DNA of 64,000 nt from a virus, in IMG/VR virus record IMGVR_UViG_3300031344_000007, positions 7,083 to 71,082 of that record. One strand, written 5' to 3'. A program made the translations under genes and the position numbers. Each line of letters starts with the position of its first letter. Position 1 is the stretch's first letter. The notes under the pieces are model-generated. The model was not told the DNA's origin. It did no database searches and saw only the letters and a list, made by a program, of their open reading frames with translations. Below are positions 55,362 through 64,000 of this stretch, piece after piece.

Positions 55362-57932
55362 TTATTCTTCGTCTGTCCAATTTCTATCAAAAATTAATTC
55401 TAATTTGGCTCTTGTAATTGCAACATAATATAGGTTCATTTCTTGAATATATTGCCAAGGTTTCACATTTTGCATTGGTAATAAATCAGGTCTAATAATA
55501 AATACTCGATTTGCTTCTAATCCTTTAATTTTATGTACAGTACTTAGCACTATGCCTTGAATTTCATCAGTAAAAATAGTTTTAATTTTATATTTTAAAT
55601 CCATAACACTATCAGAAAGTCTGGCTAAAAACAATAATGTCATTACTTTATCTTCAAGTGCAGTATATCCGCTATGTTCATTGGGGTTTAGAATACCCTC
55701 TGATTTTAAATCATGTCTAAATGTTACTAATTCTGCTTCCCAGAATTTAATTAATTTATCGATATTATTAATTTTACCAATTAATTCAATAAGATGTACG
55801 CCAATATCAGAACCTTTAATAATTGCTTTTCTATGTTGTGTAAGAAATTCGAAAAATAGTTTTACTAATGGCATTGTAGTTCTACATAGTACAAAATCAC
55901 CACTCTGTGCTTCACTTAATACGCCACCATCTCTTACCATACCATCAGGAGCATCATCTAATGCTTTAATATCTGGAACAATTTCTTGTGCTTTTTTTAT
56001 TACATTTTTTGAACATCTAAACGATGTTGTTAATGGCAATACTTTTGTATTTGGAAATTTTTCAAACCATTCAAAAGATTTATCATCTGCTGCATTGAAA
56101 CCATAGACTCCTTGAAAAAAATCTCCGAAAGAGAATAATCTGCCAGTATATTTTTTGCTGATTTTATCTCTTTTTATTATTTTTTCAATAATTCGAATTT
56201 GACAACGATTTAAATCTTGACAATTATGCGCAATTATTCCATAATTTTCTGCATTTGTTATTCTTAGATGTTCAGTTTTAATTTTACTTATTGAAGTAAC
56301 AATAAAATTATGATTGTCTTCAACATTCATATCATAAACTTTTTCGGATTTATAAAAACTAAATTCTTTTGTTACAACCATGCAACCAATATTATTATCT
56401 TTTTCTAATTTCCAATTATTTTTATTAAAAAACCCTCTATCTTCTGGACATAGTTTATATTCCATACTTTTATGAATATATGAAGATAATAATTTTGATA
56501 TTTTTTTTGTGTTTTCTTTATTAAATGAAAGCCAATAATAATTTCTTTTTGTTGTTGAACTTTTACCGATTTTAACTGATGATATAATATTCCAATTTTC
56601 ATATATTTTATTGGATAATAATTGTGATAATTCAAAACTTTTAGCTGTTGAATATAATCTTGATTCTAAATAATTTTTTGAAATATTACCATCATCCATC
56701 CATGAAATCGCTAATGATTGTAATGATATATTATTAATTATTTCATTATCATTCATATTAAAATAAAAACTCTTTGTTGTAAAAGTGTGTGCAATTTTTT
56801 TCGAATAACCATTATTTTTTATTGATTTTAATTTTCCATTAAAAAAATTTGATTTCCATTGAATGTATTCTTTTTGATTATTACCATGTATTATTCTTAA
56901 TCTAAAAATATTATTTGAAATTTTTGTTATGCATCCATCACCTAATTTAGAACCAATAATTATATTTTTTTGTGTATTATTTAATATTTGATGATATGGT
57001 TGTTTATTATAATTAGATAAAATAATATCATTAATTTTTAATTCATCTAATCTCTTCCAACCATCTAATGTTAGAAATCTATGATTTATTGTTGATTTTA
57101 GCTTTCTTTTTCCATTTAAAATAACACAATAAACATCTTTAATTCCATTACACCAAATCTTATTAACTTTTTTTTCTTCAAATAATTTAGTACTTTCATT
57201 ATATGTCGTAACTATTGGTAATTCACCAGTTTTTTCATATTTTTCACATAATGTTTTTATTTTAAATTTACCTTTTGTTGTTGAAATATATGTTTGAGCA
57301 GGTAAACATTCATCAACAAATACATAATCTTGAGGAAACATCCAAATACTATTATCAATTGCTGGTAAATATATCATGTCAGTATAATCGAAACTATGTC
57401 TATCTGTTGTCATTTCATCTAAAACCTTAAGAACTCTTTTAATATCTTTAGGTTTGGTTAAAGGAATATCATATTTTTCACTAATATATGGAATAAATTC
57501 AGGTTTTATTGTCAATGTTAATCTACATAAGTTTGCAAGTTTCTTTATATTATTTAAATATAATCCTATTTTTTCTTCATCATTAAATTCTTCATGTAAA
57601 TCCCAACTTTTTGACTTTTTTAATATAATTTTATCAGCCTTAAATTCATCAAATTGTATTTTATCACCATATTTTCTTTTAATTGCTGCAGTACCAAGTC
57701 CATAAGTGGTATAACAACGAATGTATTCAGGTAATTTTGTTTTAAGTTCTTCTTGAATGTGCTTATTAAATGCTAAAAACATTATTGATTTATCTTTAGA
57801 TAATAATTTAGCACATTCAATTGCAGTATATGTTTTACCAGTACCTGCGAGTGCTTTAATTAACAAATTTTCTGGTCTTTTTTTAGTAAAAAGAAATATT
57901 CTTTCTTGTTCAGGTGTTGGTTTATGATTCAT
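55362..57932 (-). CDS. UvrD/Rep-like SF1 helicase with intein
   Basis: ALAGTGKT, LAFNK, VDE|CQD, GDFFQGVYGF, SFRC, STVHKIKGLE, YVAITRAK. Confidence 0.9.
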   Translation of the reverse strand: MNHKPTPEQERIFLFTKKRPENLLIKALAGTGKTYTAIECAKLLSKDKSIMFLAFNKHIQEELKTKLPEYIRCYTTYGLGTAAIKRKYGDKIQFDEFKADKIILKKSKSWDLHEEFNDEEKIGLYLNNIKKLANLCRLTLTIKPEFIPYISEKYDIPLTKPKDIKRVLKVLDEMTTDRHSFDYTDMIYLPAIDNSIWMFPQDYVFVDECLPAQTYISTTKGKFKIKTLCEKYEKTGELPIVTTYNESTKLFEEKKVNKIWCNGIKDVYCVILNGKRKLKSTINHRFLTLDGWKRLDELKINDIILSNYNKQPYHQILNNTQKNIIIGSKLGDGCITKISNNIFRLRIIHGNNQKEYIQWKSNFFNGKLKSIKNNGYSKKIAHTFTTKSFYFNMNDNEIINNISLQSLAISWMDDGNISKNYLESRLYSTAKSFELSQLLSNKIYENWNIISSVKIGKSSTTKRNYYWLSFNKENTKKISKLLSSYIHKSMEYKLCPEDRGFFNKNNWKLEKDNNIGCMVVTKEFSFYKSEKVYDMNVEDNHNFIVTSISKIKTEHLRITNAENYGIIAHNCQDLNRCQIRIIEKIIKRDKISKKYTGRLFSFGDFFQGVYGFNAADDKSFEWFEKFPNTKVLPLTTSFRCSKNVIKKAQEIVPDIKALDDAPDGMVRDGGVLSEAQSGDFVLCRTTMPLVKLFFEFLTQHRKAIIKGSDIGVHLIELIGKINNIDKLIKFWEAELVTFRHDLKSEGILNPNEHSGYTALEDKVMTLLFLARLSDSVMDLKYKIKTIFTDEIQGIVLSTVHKIKGLEANRVFIIRPDLLPMQNVKPWQYIQEMNLYYVAITRAKLELIFDRNWTDEE
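56223..57308 (-). mobile_element. Intein with LAGLIDADG-type endonuclease, inserted in Walker B
   Basis: VDE|CLPAQT...STINHRF...GSKLGDG...WMDDG...VYDMNV...IIAHN|CQD. Confidence 0.9.
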
Positions 57933-58395
57933 TATCTATTTCTTTCCAATTTTCATTTGTTGTTCCATCTTGTAGTTCATATATTACATTATCTTCAAGT
58001 ACAAGGACTCTTAATCCTTCCTGTCTTGTATATATTTTGTCATTATAATGAATATATTTTTCGTTTAATTCATTTCTTAATTTAATGGTTTCAACCATTA
58101 AATGATATCTTTTCTTTAAAATAAATTCAAAATCACCAAGACTTTTCATATTATTCCATAATATTTCAGCCATTTCATCACCAACTTGTCCAAGTAAATT
58201 AATACTTGTTTCAATTACTTTAGCTGCTTCTTTATCAAATTCTGCACTTCTACGACCATATACCTCTTGAAGTATATATCGTGCTAATTCAATGGCAAAG
58301 AACTTATCTTCGGGTTTATGTTCGTAATCTTGTGGTAAATCAATACAAGGTCTTCCTTGTTCATTTAATTTGACATCATATTCAATTTTATACAT
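57922..58395 (-). CDS. Hypothetical protein
   Basis: 157-aa ORF overlapping the helicase start. Confidence 0.6.
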   Translation of the reverse strand: MYKIEYDVKLNEQGRPCIDLPQDYEHKPEDKFFAIELARYILQEVYGRRSAEFDKEAAKVIETSINLLGQVGDEMAEILWNNMKSLGDFEFILKKRYHLMVETIKLRNELNEKYIHYNDKIYTRQEGLRVLVLEDNVIYELQDGTTNENWKEIDNES

Positions 58396-58450
58396 TAGTT
58401 TTATGTATTTTAATATTTCTATAAAACATTTTTAGCTTTTTAAAACAAAT

Positions 58451-58522
58451 TTTAAAATATTATCATATTTATTATTCACAATCAAATAGTTATGTATATG
58501 ATTTTATATATTATAGTTAGCA
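58451..58522 (+). repeat. attI-like anchor, copy 2
   Basis: Same 43-bp repeat, with GTTAGCA again starting 23 nt after its end. Confidence 0.6.
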
Positions 58523-58726
58523 ACAATGCGTGTAGCCAATTACATATTTTTCGTTTAATTCTTCAATATAATCATCAACACTTTTAGGTTTCTTCCCTGT
58601 TCCATCATATTTATCCCATTTATTATTCCATGCTCTTACATCTTCCAATAAGTTACGTAATGCACTGTGGCTAACACCAAATATAGGTAATTTGCCATTC
58701 TCTTTTTTAACATTTTCTGTACTCAT
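58517..58726 (-). CDS. Cassette ORF starting inside attC-like site 3
   Basis: MSTENVKKENGKLPIFGVSHSA...; stop TAA inside the GTTAG core. Confidence 0.6.
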   Translation of the reverse strand: MSTENVKKENGKLPIFGVSHSALRNLLEDVRAWNNKWDKYDGTGKKPKSVDDYIEELNEKYVIGYTHCC

Positions 58727-58797
58727 AATTCAGTTATTTTTAATTAAGTTATTACTATTTTTTATGGGCAAACTACCCATATTTGTAAACGTTATAA
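58669..58797 (+). mobile_element. attC-like site 3
   Basis: GGCTAAC-ACCAA-ATATAGGTAATTTGCC...GGCAAACTACCCATATTTG-TAAAC-GTTATAA, 129 bp. Confidence 0.75.
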
Positions 58798-58841
58798 GCA
58801 AGGCGAAGACGCTCAGAATGAACGTCCTGCCAAACTTTAAA

Positions 58842-59099
58842 TTAGCATTCTCCAATACATTCACCTATTGGTGCATCGCATTCTGTTACGTTAAAATGTG
58901 ATTTAAGAACAGTTAAAGCAGCTTGAAAATTGTTTTCGGTTGTATCTTCAACATCTTTGTATTCAGAAGAACTATCTGCATACATAATTGTCCATCCGTT
59001 TTTACCAACTTCAACCCTAATTTTCAATCCTAAATCATCTTTAAATGTTTTGGAAACTTCGATTTCACTTGACGGCATCATGCCCATAAATCTTTTCAT
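58842..59099 (-). CDS. Hypothetical (cassette-derived) protein
   Basis: 85-aa ORF next to attC-like site 3. Confidence 0.6.
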   Translation of the reverse strand: MKRFMGMMPSSEIEVSKTFKDDLGLKIRVEVGKNGWTIMYADSSSEYKDVEDTTENNFQAALTVLKSHFNVTECDAPIGECIGEC

Positions 59100-59151
59100 G
59101 CTTTTTAATTTAATTTGTTAATATATAATTGTTTAATAATTTCAATTTATA

Positions 59152-59454
59152 TTATAAAGCATTACGAATACGTTGAATATTCAAATCATCTAAAATGAAA
59201 TGTTCCATTTCATCATCAATAATTCCTAAATTTCCAAAGAAACAATATTGAAGTACTGACTTTAATTCACTCCGTCTAATTGAATAGTTTTTTGCGTAAT
59301 CAATATACATTTCATTCTTTGTATCACGATAAAGTTTTTCATATTTTATAATATCTACAGTATGTTCACCAATTCGTTTTAAAATATTGTTTCTAACGTC
59401 AGATACACCCAATTTGGGGTTTTGTGTTTCAATTTTATTTTTATCTGTTTTCAT
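59152..59454 (-). CDS. Cassette-derived ORF (MKTDKNKIETQNPKLGVSDVRNN)
   Basis: Shares its start block with 59475-59684; TTCTAAC at 59391. Confidence 0.6.
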   Translation of the reverse strand: MKTDKNKIETQNPKLGVSDVRNNILKRIGEHTVDIIKYEKLYRDTKNEMYIDYAKNYSIRRSELKSVLQYCFFGNLGIIDDEMEHFILDDLNIQRIRNAL

Positions 59455-59474
59455 AATTTCAATTTATATTATAG

Positions 59475-59684
59475 TTAACGAGAATATAGTTGACATTCAT
59501 ACTCGTCTTTTAACATTTGTATTAATCTTGTTTTTGTTATTTTTATGCTAGTATTTTCTTGATGTTTTATAACAACATATATCATATTAATTTGTTTTTC
59601 AGTAAATGGAAATATATTTTCGCTAACAATAGGTATATTTAATTTGGGTTTCCGTGTTTCAATTTTATTTTTATCTGTTTTCAT
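59475..59684 (-). CDS. Cassette-derived ORF (MKTDKNKIETRKPKLNIPIVSEN)
   Basis: Bounded by GTTAACG (59474)...CGCTAAC (59621). Confidence 0.6.
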   Translation of the reverse strand: MKTDKNKIETRKPKLNIPIVSENIFPFTEKQINMIYVVIKHQENTSIKITKTRLIQMLKDEYECQLYSR

Positions 59685-59695
59685 AAATTTATTTT

Positions 59696-59890
59696 TTATT
59701 TATGTGTACTTCTCCAGTGTTCCCTGTCATTCAAATATCCTTCATATAATTGTTCACTTGAAATTTGATGACCCAATTCCCAATAATCTTGTTTCTTTTC
59801 AAGTGATTTAAAAGTTCTAATCCATTCTAATAATTCAATTGCTTCTATTCGCAAAGAATCGCAATTATCTGATATATCTAATTTATTCAT
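59696..59890 (-). CDS. Hypothetical protein
   Basis: 64-aa ORF. Confidence 0.5.
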   Translation of the reverse strand: MNKLDISDNCDSLRIEAIELLEWIRTFKSLEKKQDYWELGHQISSEQLYEGYLNDREHWRSTHK

Positions 59891-60479
59891 GTTTCAAAAA
59901 TAATTGAGCAAAATTAGTTATTATCTTTCCATCAAAATCAACATCTACCATATAAACAGTACCACTTGCAAATGAATGTAAATCCCTCCAACATCTTATA
60001 ACCCTACCAACCTTATTATAATCATCTAAATTGATTTTTTCATAAAACGAATCTTTGTGTGTATTAATTATTTCATAATTTGCTGGTATATCATCAGCAA
60101 ACACAACTAAATCACCTTCTTCAAAAAAATAATTCCATTCTCTTTGCTGAAATTTAGTTGGAAATTGTTTCATGTAATCATTAAATTCTTTCAAATCAGT
60201 AACTTTAGGTTGTGTGAATTTTCCTTCAACAATTGGAAAATGAAATTCTGATGTGGTATTTTTTTCATCCAAATATCTACCAGTAAATTTATATTCATTA
60301 CCTAAATCATTAAAATTTATAGGTAAACAATGATAATCTTTTGAATCATCTTCAATCAACATCACATATAATACCAAATCACCAACTTTCTTTTCTTTTC
60401 CATTGGCATAATGTTTTGATTTTAATTTATCAACATCTTCTTGTGTTAATTTAACACATAATTTTCTCAATTTTTCCAT
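59883..60479 (-). CDS. Hypothetical protein
   Basis: 198-aa ORF; TATATTTG promoter upstream. Confidence 0.6.
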   Translation of the reverse strand: MEKLRKLCVKLTQEDVDKLKSKHYANGKEKKVGDLVLYVMLIEDDSKDYHCLPINFNDLGNEYKFTGRYLDEKNTTSEFHFPIVEGKFTQPKVTDLKEFNDYMKQFPTKFQQREWNYFFEEGDLVVFADDIPANYEIINTHKDSFYEKINLDDYNKVGRVIRCWRDLHSFASGTVYMVDVDFDGKIITNFAQLFLKHE

Positions 60480-60590
60480 AATTTTTATTTGTTAATTGTT
60501 TCTAATTTATTTTTACAAATATATAACAATCTTTTGAGATTAAAATGTTTTTTTAAAAAAAGTTTTTAGTATTTATATCAAAATACTATT

Positions 60591-61709
60591 ATGGCATTAA
60601 TTACAACAGTAGATAAAAATAAATTATATCTTAGAGTTAAACATACATTAGGGTATCCATTACGACCATTTGAAATTAAAGATGAAATGCTAGATTCATA
60701 TCTTGAAATGGTTGTTGAAGACTATTCTGCATTAGTTAATACTTGGTTAATAGAACAGCAATGGATTGGATTAGAAGGTCTTAGTAAAGAAAATAGTGAT
60801 TTTCTTAGTGCTTTTACTACTAAACCAAATACTTATATGGAAAGTTTTACATATGCTTATTCAAAACAAGTTGGTTTAGGAACTAATGCTCCAGCAGCTA
60901 CTGGTTGGGAACTTAAAAGAGATTTTATTATTACTAGTGGACATACACAACATTATATTATCCCTAAAAATCGAGAAATAAATCAGGTTTTATGGGAAAC
61001 ACCACCTGAAATTGATGGCGGTTTGGTTGACCCATTTGCATTAAATGCATGGAGTGCTGGTATGATGGGAATGTCGTATTTAGGTAGACCTGCATTATAC
61101 GTTCAACCTACGTTTTCAACACTTTTATCTGCACAAGACCGTAGAATGAAACAAAGAGTATTACAATCAATATTAACATATCGTTTTACTGGTTTAGCAA
61201 CAGGTGAAAAAATGTTACATTTATATCCAATACCGGATAGTCGTTATGAAATTGGTTCTGTATGGGGAAAACATCATTCTGGTCGAAAAGTGTATTATTG
61301 GTATTATGATACAAATAAAGAAGGTAGAGATAAATGTTTGGAAGAAAATAATGATATTATTAAACTTCCATCAGATGCACCAACAAAAGTATTACAATGG
61401 AGTAATATGAATGATATCGCACAACAACAAATAAGAAATTTATTGATAGCTCAAGTAAAAATAGTTATTGGTGGAATTCGTGGATTTTATACTGGTGCTT
61501 TAGGAGTTACAGAAAAAGAACTTACAATGGATTATCGTCATTTATTAGATGAAGGTATTAAGTTAAAAGAAGATACAGAAAAACTTATTTTAGACCAATT
61601 AGAATATTTAAGTCAAGAAAATATGACTAAAATTCGTGCAGATATTGCTGAAAACGTTAACAATGCTATGAAATTCCAACCTCCAAAATTTCCAATTATC
61701 TCGATATAA
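60591..61709 (+). CDS. Neck protein (T4 gp13-like)
   Basis: LYLRVKHTLGYP..EI, K...G.IRG, LTMDY..LLDEG; late motif at 60569. Confidence 0.65.
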   Translation: MALITTVDKNKLYLRVKHTLGYPLRPFEIKDEMLDSYLEMVVEDYSALVNTWLIEQQWIGLEGLSKENSDFLSAFTTKPNTYMESFTYAYSKQVGLGTNAPAATGWELKRDFIITSGHTQHYIIPKNREINQVLWETPPEIDGGLVDPFALNAWSAGMMGMSYLGRPALYVQPTFSTLLSAQDRRMKQRVLQSILTYRFTGLATGEKMLHLYPIPDSRYEIGSVWGKHHSGRKVYYWYYDTNKEGRDKCLEENNDIIKLPSDAPTKVLQWSNMNDIAQQQIRNLLIAQVKIVIGGIRGFYTGALGVTEKELTMDYRHLLDEGIKLKEDTEKLILDQLEYLSQENMTKIRADIAENVNNAMKFQPPKFPIISI

Positions 61710-61714
61710 ACAAG

Positions 61715-62863
61715 TTATGTTGAAGAAATTATAGAATTAATTTGATTAGAGATTAGTTTTATATTTTCTTCAATATTTTTTAAAAATTCTTTTTCATTTA
61801 TTCTTATAATATGACAATTATGCATTTCCTTAAGATAATTTTCTTTAATTAAATCACGTTCTTTTTGTCGTTTAGCATTATGATGTTTTTCATCCCATTC
61901 AATACATATATTATATTTCGCAATAAAACCATCAACCCAATATCTTATAAATTTCTTTTCACCACCATTTAATGCATGTTGAATTTCTATCCCTAATTTT
62001 TCTGATAATAAATCTAAATATATTATTGAATTAGGATTATATTTTGGGGCATGTTTTAACCATAATTCGCCATATCTCTCAATCATGGTTGCTGCAATTT
62101 TTTCGGAAACCCTTTTATTTTGTGTAGCATATTCAACACCATATTTTTTCAAATAATAAATTTTCATTTTATTTTTATATTCTTCAGTTTTTGTGTGATG
62201 GTCAACACCATATTTAATTAAACAAGTTTTTTTTGATTTTTTTTTAAATTCATTTGTTGATAAAAACCATTCAGTATTATACTTTTCCAAATTTCTTTTT
62301 TTTGTTTCATTTTTTGATTTTTCTGTTTTATTATATGAATCCATACCATATCTTCTAATATTAGTTTGAATTCTTTTATTATGAAATTCTTTTGTTTTTG
62401 AAAAATGGTCAACACCATATTTTTTTAAATTAGTTTGTTTTGTTTTATTTTTGCATTCATCCGTTTGATTATACCATTTTCCATTTTTATATAATTTATT
62501 TTTTATTTTTTTCTTAATTTCGTTTGATTTTGATGGATTATCTACACCAAATGTATTTAAACAAGTTTGTTTTATTTTATCTTTATGTTGTTCTGATTTA
62601 TTTAAACAATTAATTGAACAATATTTGTGATATCCAATATTATATTTTTTTAAATGTAATATTTTGTTACAAGATATACATTTAGGGTTTTCAAATAAAT
62701 TATTAATGTAATTATATAATAATTCATGCCAACTATTTGAATTAGAGAATTCAATAATTTTATTGTATAGGTCAGGAAAATTATTTTTTATGTGTATTTC
62801 TCTTGTTTTATATCCAGATTTATTATTGGTTTCTAAATATACTTTTAATTCTTCACTTTCCAT
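61715..62863 (-). CDS. Putative homing endonuclease with KYGV repeats and a PD-(D/E)XK-like C-terminus
   Basis: Repeated T.L.KYGVD; YWVDG...IEWDEKHH...RD. Confidence 0.72.
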   Translation of the reverse strand: MESEELKVYLETNNKSGYKTREIHIKNNFPDLYNKIIEFSNSNSWHELLYNYINNLFENPKCISCNKILHLKKYNIGYHKYCSINCLNKSEQHKDKIKQTCLNTFGVDNPSKSNEIKKKIKNKLYKNGKWYNQTDECKNKTKQTNLKKYGVDHFSKTKEFHNKRIQTNIRRYGMDSYNKTEKSKNETKKRNLEKYNTEWFLSTNEFKKKSKKTCLIKYGVDHHTKTEEYKNKMKIYYLKKYGVEYATQNKRVSEKIAATMIERYGELWLKHAPKYNPNSIIYLDLLSEKLGIEIQHALNGGEKKFIRYWVDGFIAKYNICIEWDEKHHNAKRQKERDLIKENYLKEMHNCHIIRINEKEFLKNIEENIKLISNQINSIISST

Positions 62864-63005
62864 TTTTCATATCATTTTCAAGCAAAATTCTTATTCTTTT
62901 GGATAGACAATATCCATTATCTTTTATAAATCTTAAGTATTGTTCTTTTAAACCAATACTTAATCTAATATTAAGAACATCATTTTTATCTTTATCGTAT
63001 CTCAT
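62853..63005 (-). CDS. Ribbon-helix-helix-like small DNA-binding protein
   Basis: MRYDKDKNDVLNIRLSIGLKEQY...LSKRIRILL; late motif at 63033. Confidence 0.55.
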   Translation of the reverse strand: MRYDKDKNDVLNIRLSIGLKEQYLRFIKDNGYCLSKRIRILLENDMKNGK

Positions 63006-63090
63006 AACTTTGTATTTTAAATTAATTACAAATATAAATACTTTAAAGTTAATAAACAACAGTATTTATATAAAATAATTATGTTTATTA

Positions 63091-63654
63091 ATGAAAAAGA
63101 AAAAACAAATAGTTGACCTTGAATCTCAGCGATATGGATTATTTGTAACTCAAGGTTCAATTGATTTAGATATTATGTATGGTAGACAATTTTTAGAAAC
63201 TGATAATGCGCAAGAAGTTATTTTGCATAGAATTAACTTAATAGAAACCAAAACACATAATTTATATGGTCAAACCAAAGCAAATGATAAAAAGTTTATG
63301 TCACCAGTTAGATTAAAAGTTATGGTTACTATCGAAGAAGGTAAACAGGAAAATTATGGTAATAATCCAAGTGGTATTGCTCGTGATAATACTGGTAATA
63401 TTAGTTTTGGTGTATATCTTAAAGAACTTGAAGAAAAACAAGTAGAAATCAATAGAGGTGATATTATTGAATATAATATGAGTGGTGAAAAGAATAGATA
63501 TTATGAAGTTGAAAGTGCAAATAATGTTACAGATGAAACAAAAAAAACAATTGGAGGATTTTTTCCATATTGGAAAAGAGTAACTGGTGTTCCGGTAATT
63601 TCTGATACAATCAAATTTTTTGAGGGTGGTGAAAAAGGTACTTCTATTGTTTAA
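63091..63654 (+). CDS. Head-closure/neck protein (gp14-like)
   Basis: HNLYG..KA..KKF..PV, EINRGDII, YYEV. Confidence 0.55.
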   Translation: MKKKKQIVDLESQRYGLFVTQGSIDLDIMYGRQFLETDNAQEVILHRINLIETKTHNLYGQTKANDKKFMSPVRLKVMVTIEEGKQENYGNNPSGIARDNTGNISFGVYLKELEEKQVEINRGDIIEYNMSGEKNRYYEVESANNVTDETKKTIGGFFPYWKRVTGVPVISDTIKFFEGGEKGTSIV

Positions 63655-63706
63655 GATAAATGAAACAAAAGGAAATTAATTACGTATTTATATAAAAATT
63701 AATATA

Positions 63707-64000
63707 ATGGCAAATAATAAACAAAGACTTTTTGAAGTCATGCATAAAGTTAATCCAGATTTTAAACCTAAATTAAATGAGGAACTTTTAACAGTATCTA
63801 ATAGTGAATCAGTAAATGAAGATTTCACAAATTCATATGATGAAATAATAAATAGTTTTCCGGGTCATGCAAGACAAACAAATTCAATTGATTCTTCACA
63901 ATATAAATGGTTTGTTAATGTTTTAAATTTTATTAGTAGTAATAATAATGATATAAACCAAAAAGCAGAATTAATTAAATTTTTTCAAAATAATTTTTTA
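63707..64000 (+). CDS. Partial late protein (MANNKQRLFEVMHKVNPDFKPKLNEE...)
   Basis: Open to the window end; GTATTTATA at 63684; N-terminus paralogous to 26743. Confidence 0.65.
   Translation, partial: MANNKQRLFEVMHKVNPDFKPKLNEELLTVSNSESVNEDFTNSYDEIINSFPGHARQTNSIDSSQYKWFVNVLNFISSNNNDINQKAELIKFFQNNFL

Overview
AT-rich (low-GC) segment of a large T4-like myophage genome. Host-type TAnnTTTG promoters point to a Bacteroidota host. Left part (1-15.7 kb, mostly minus strand): three tRNA operons with 20 intact-looking tRNAs, a tmRNA, a circularly permuted tRNA-mimic RNA, three free-standing endonucleases, an Rnl1-like RNA ligase, a Mom-like acyltransferase and SiaC/PP2C signalling genes. Middle and right: collagen-like tail fibre, virion proteins, terminase, intein-containing portal and prohead protease, scaffold, T4 gp23-like major capsid, intein-containing UvrD helicase and neck proteins. 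Two systems stand out. (1) Each tRNA operon is preceded by a leader peptide with terminator/antiterminator hairpins, and the leader's control codons match that operon's tRNAs (YYY..KK..YKK for Tyr/Lys; PQQHPQ for Pro/His/Gln; L/D/V/E/M/A/W-rich for the Asp-Glu-Val-Leu-Ala-Trp-Met operon). This suggests ribosome-mediated attenuation of phage tRNA genes. (2) Two arrays of integron-like gene cassettes (about 130-bp attC-like sites, duplicated attI-like anchor, no integrase in the window) flank the helicase. Also notable: Glu/Trp/Pro tRNAs with long GNRA-capped variable arms, four tRNAs with C33, and a Pro1 class-3-like intein in the portal. All calls were made by eye; no database searches were run.
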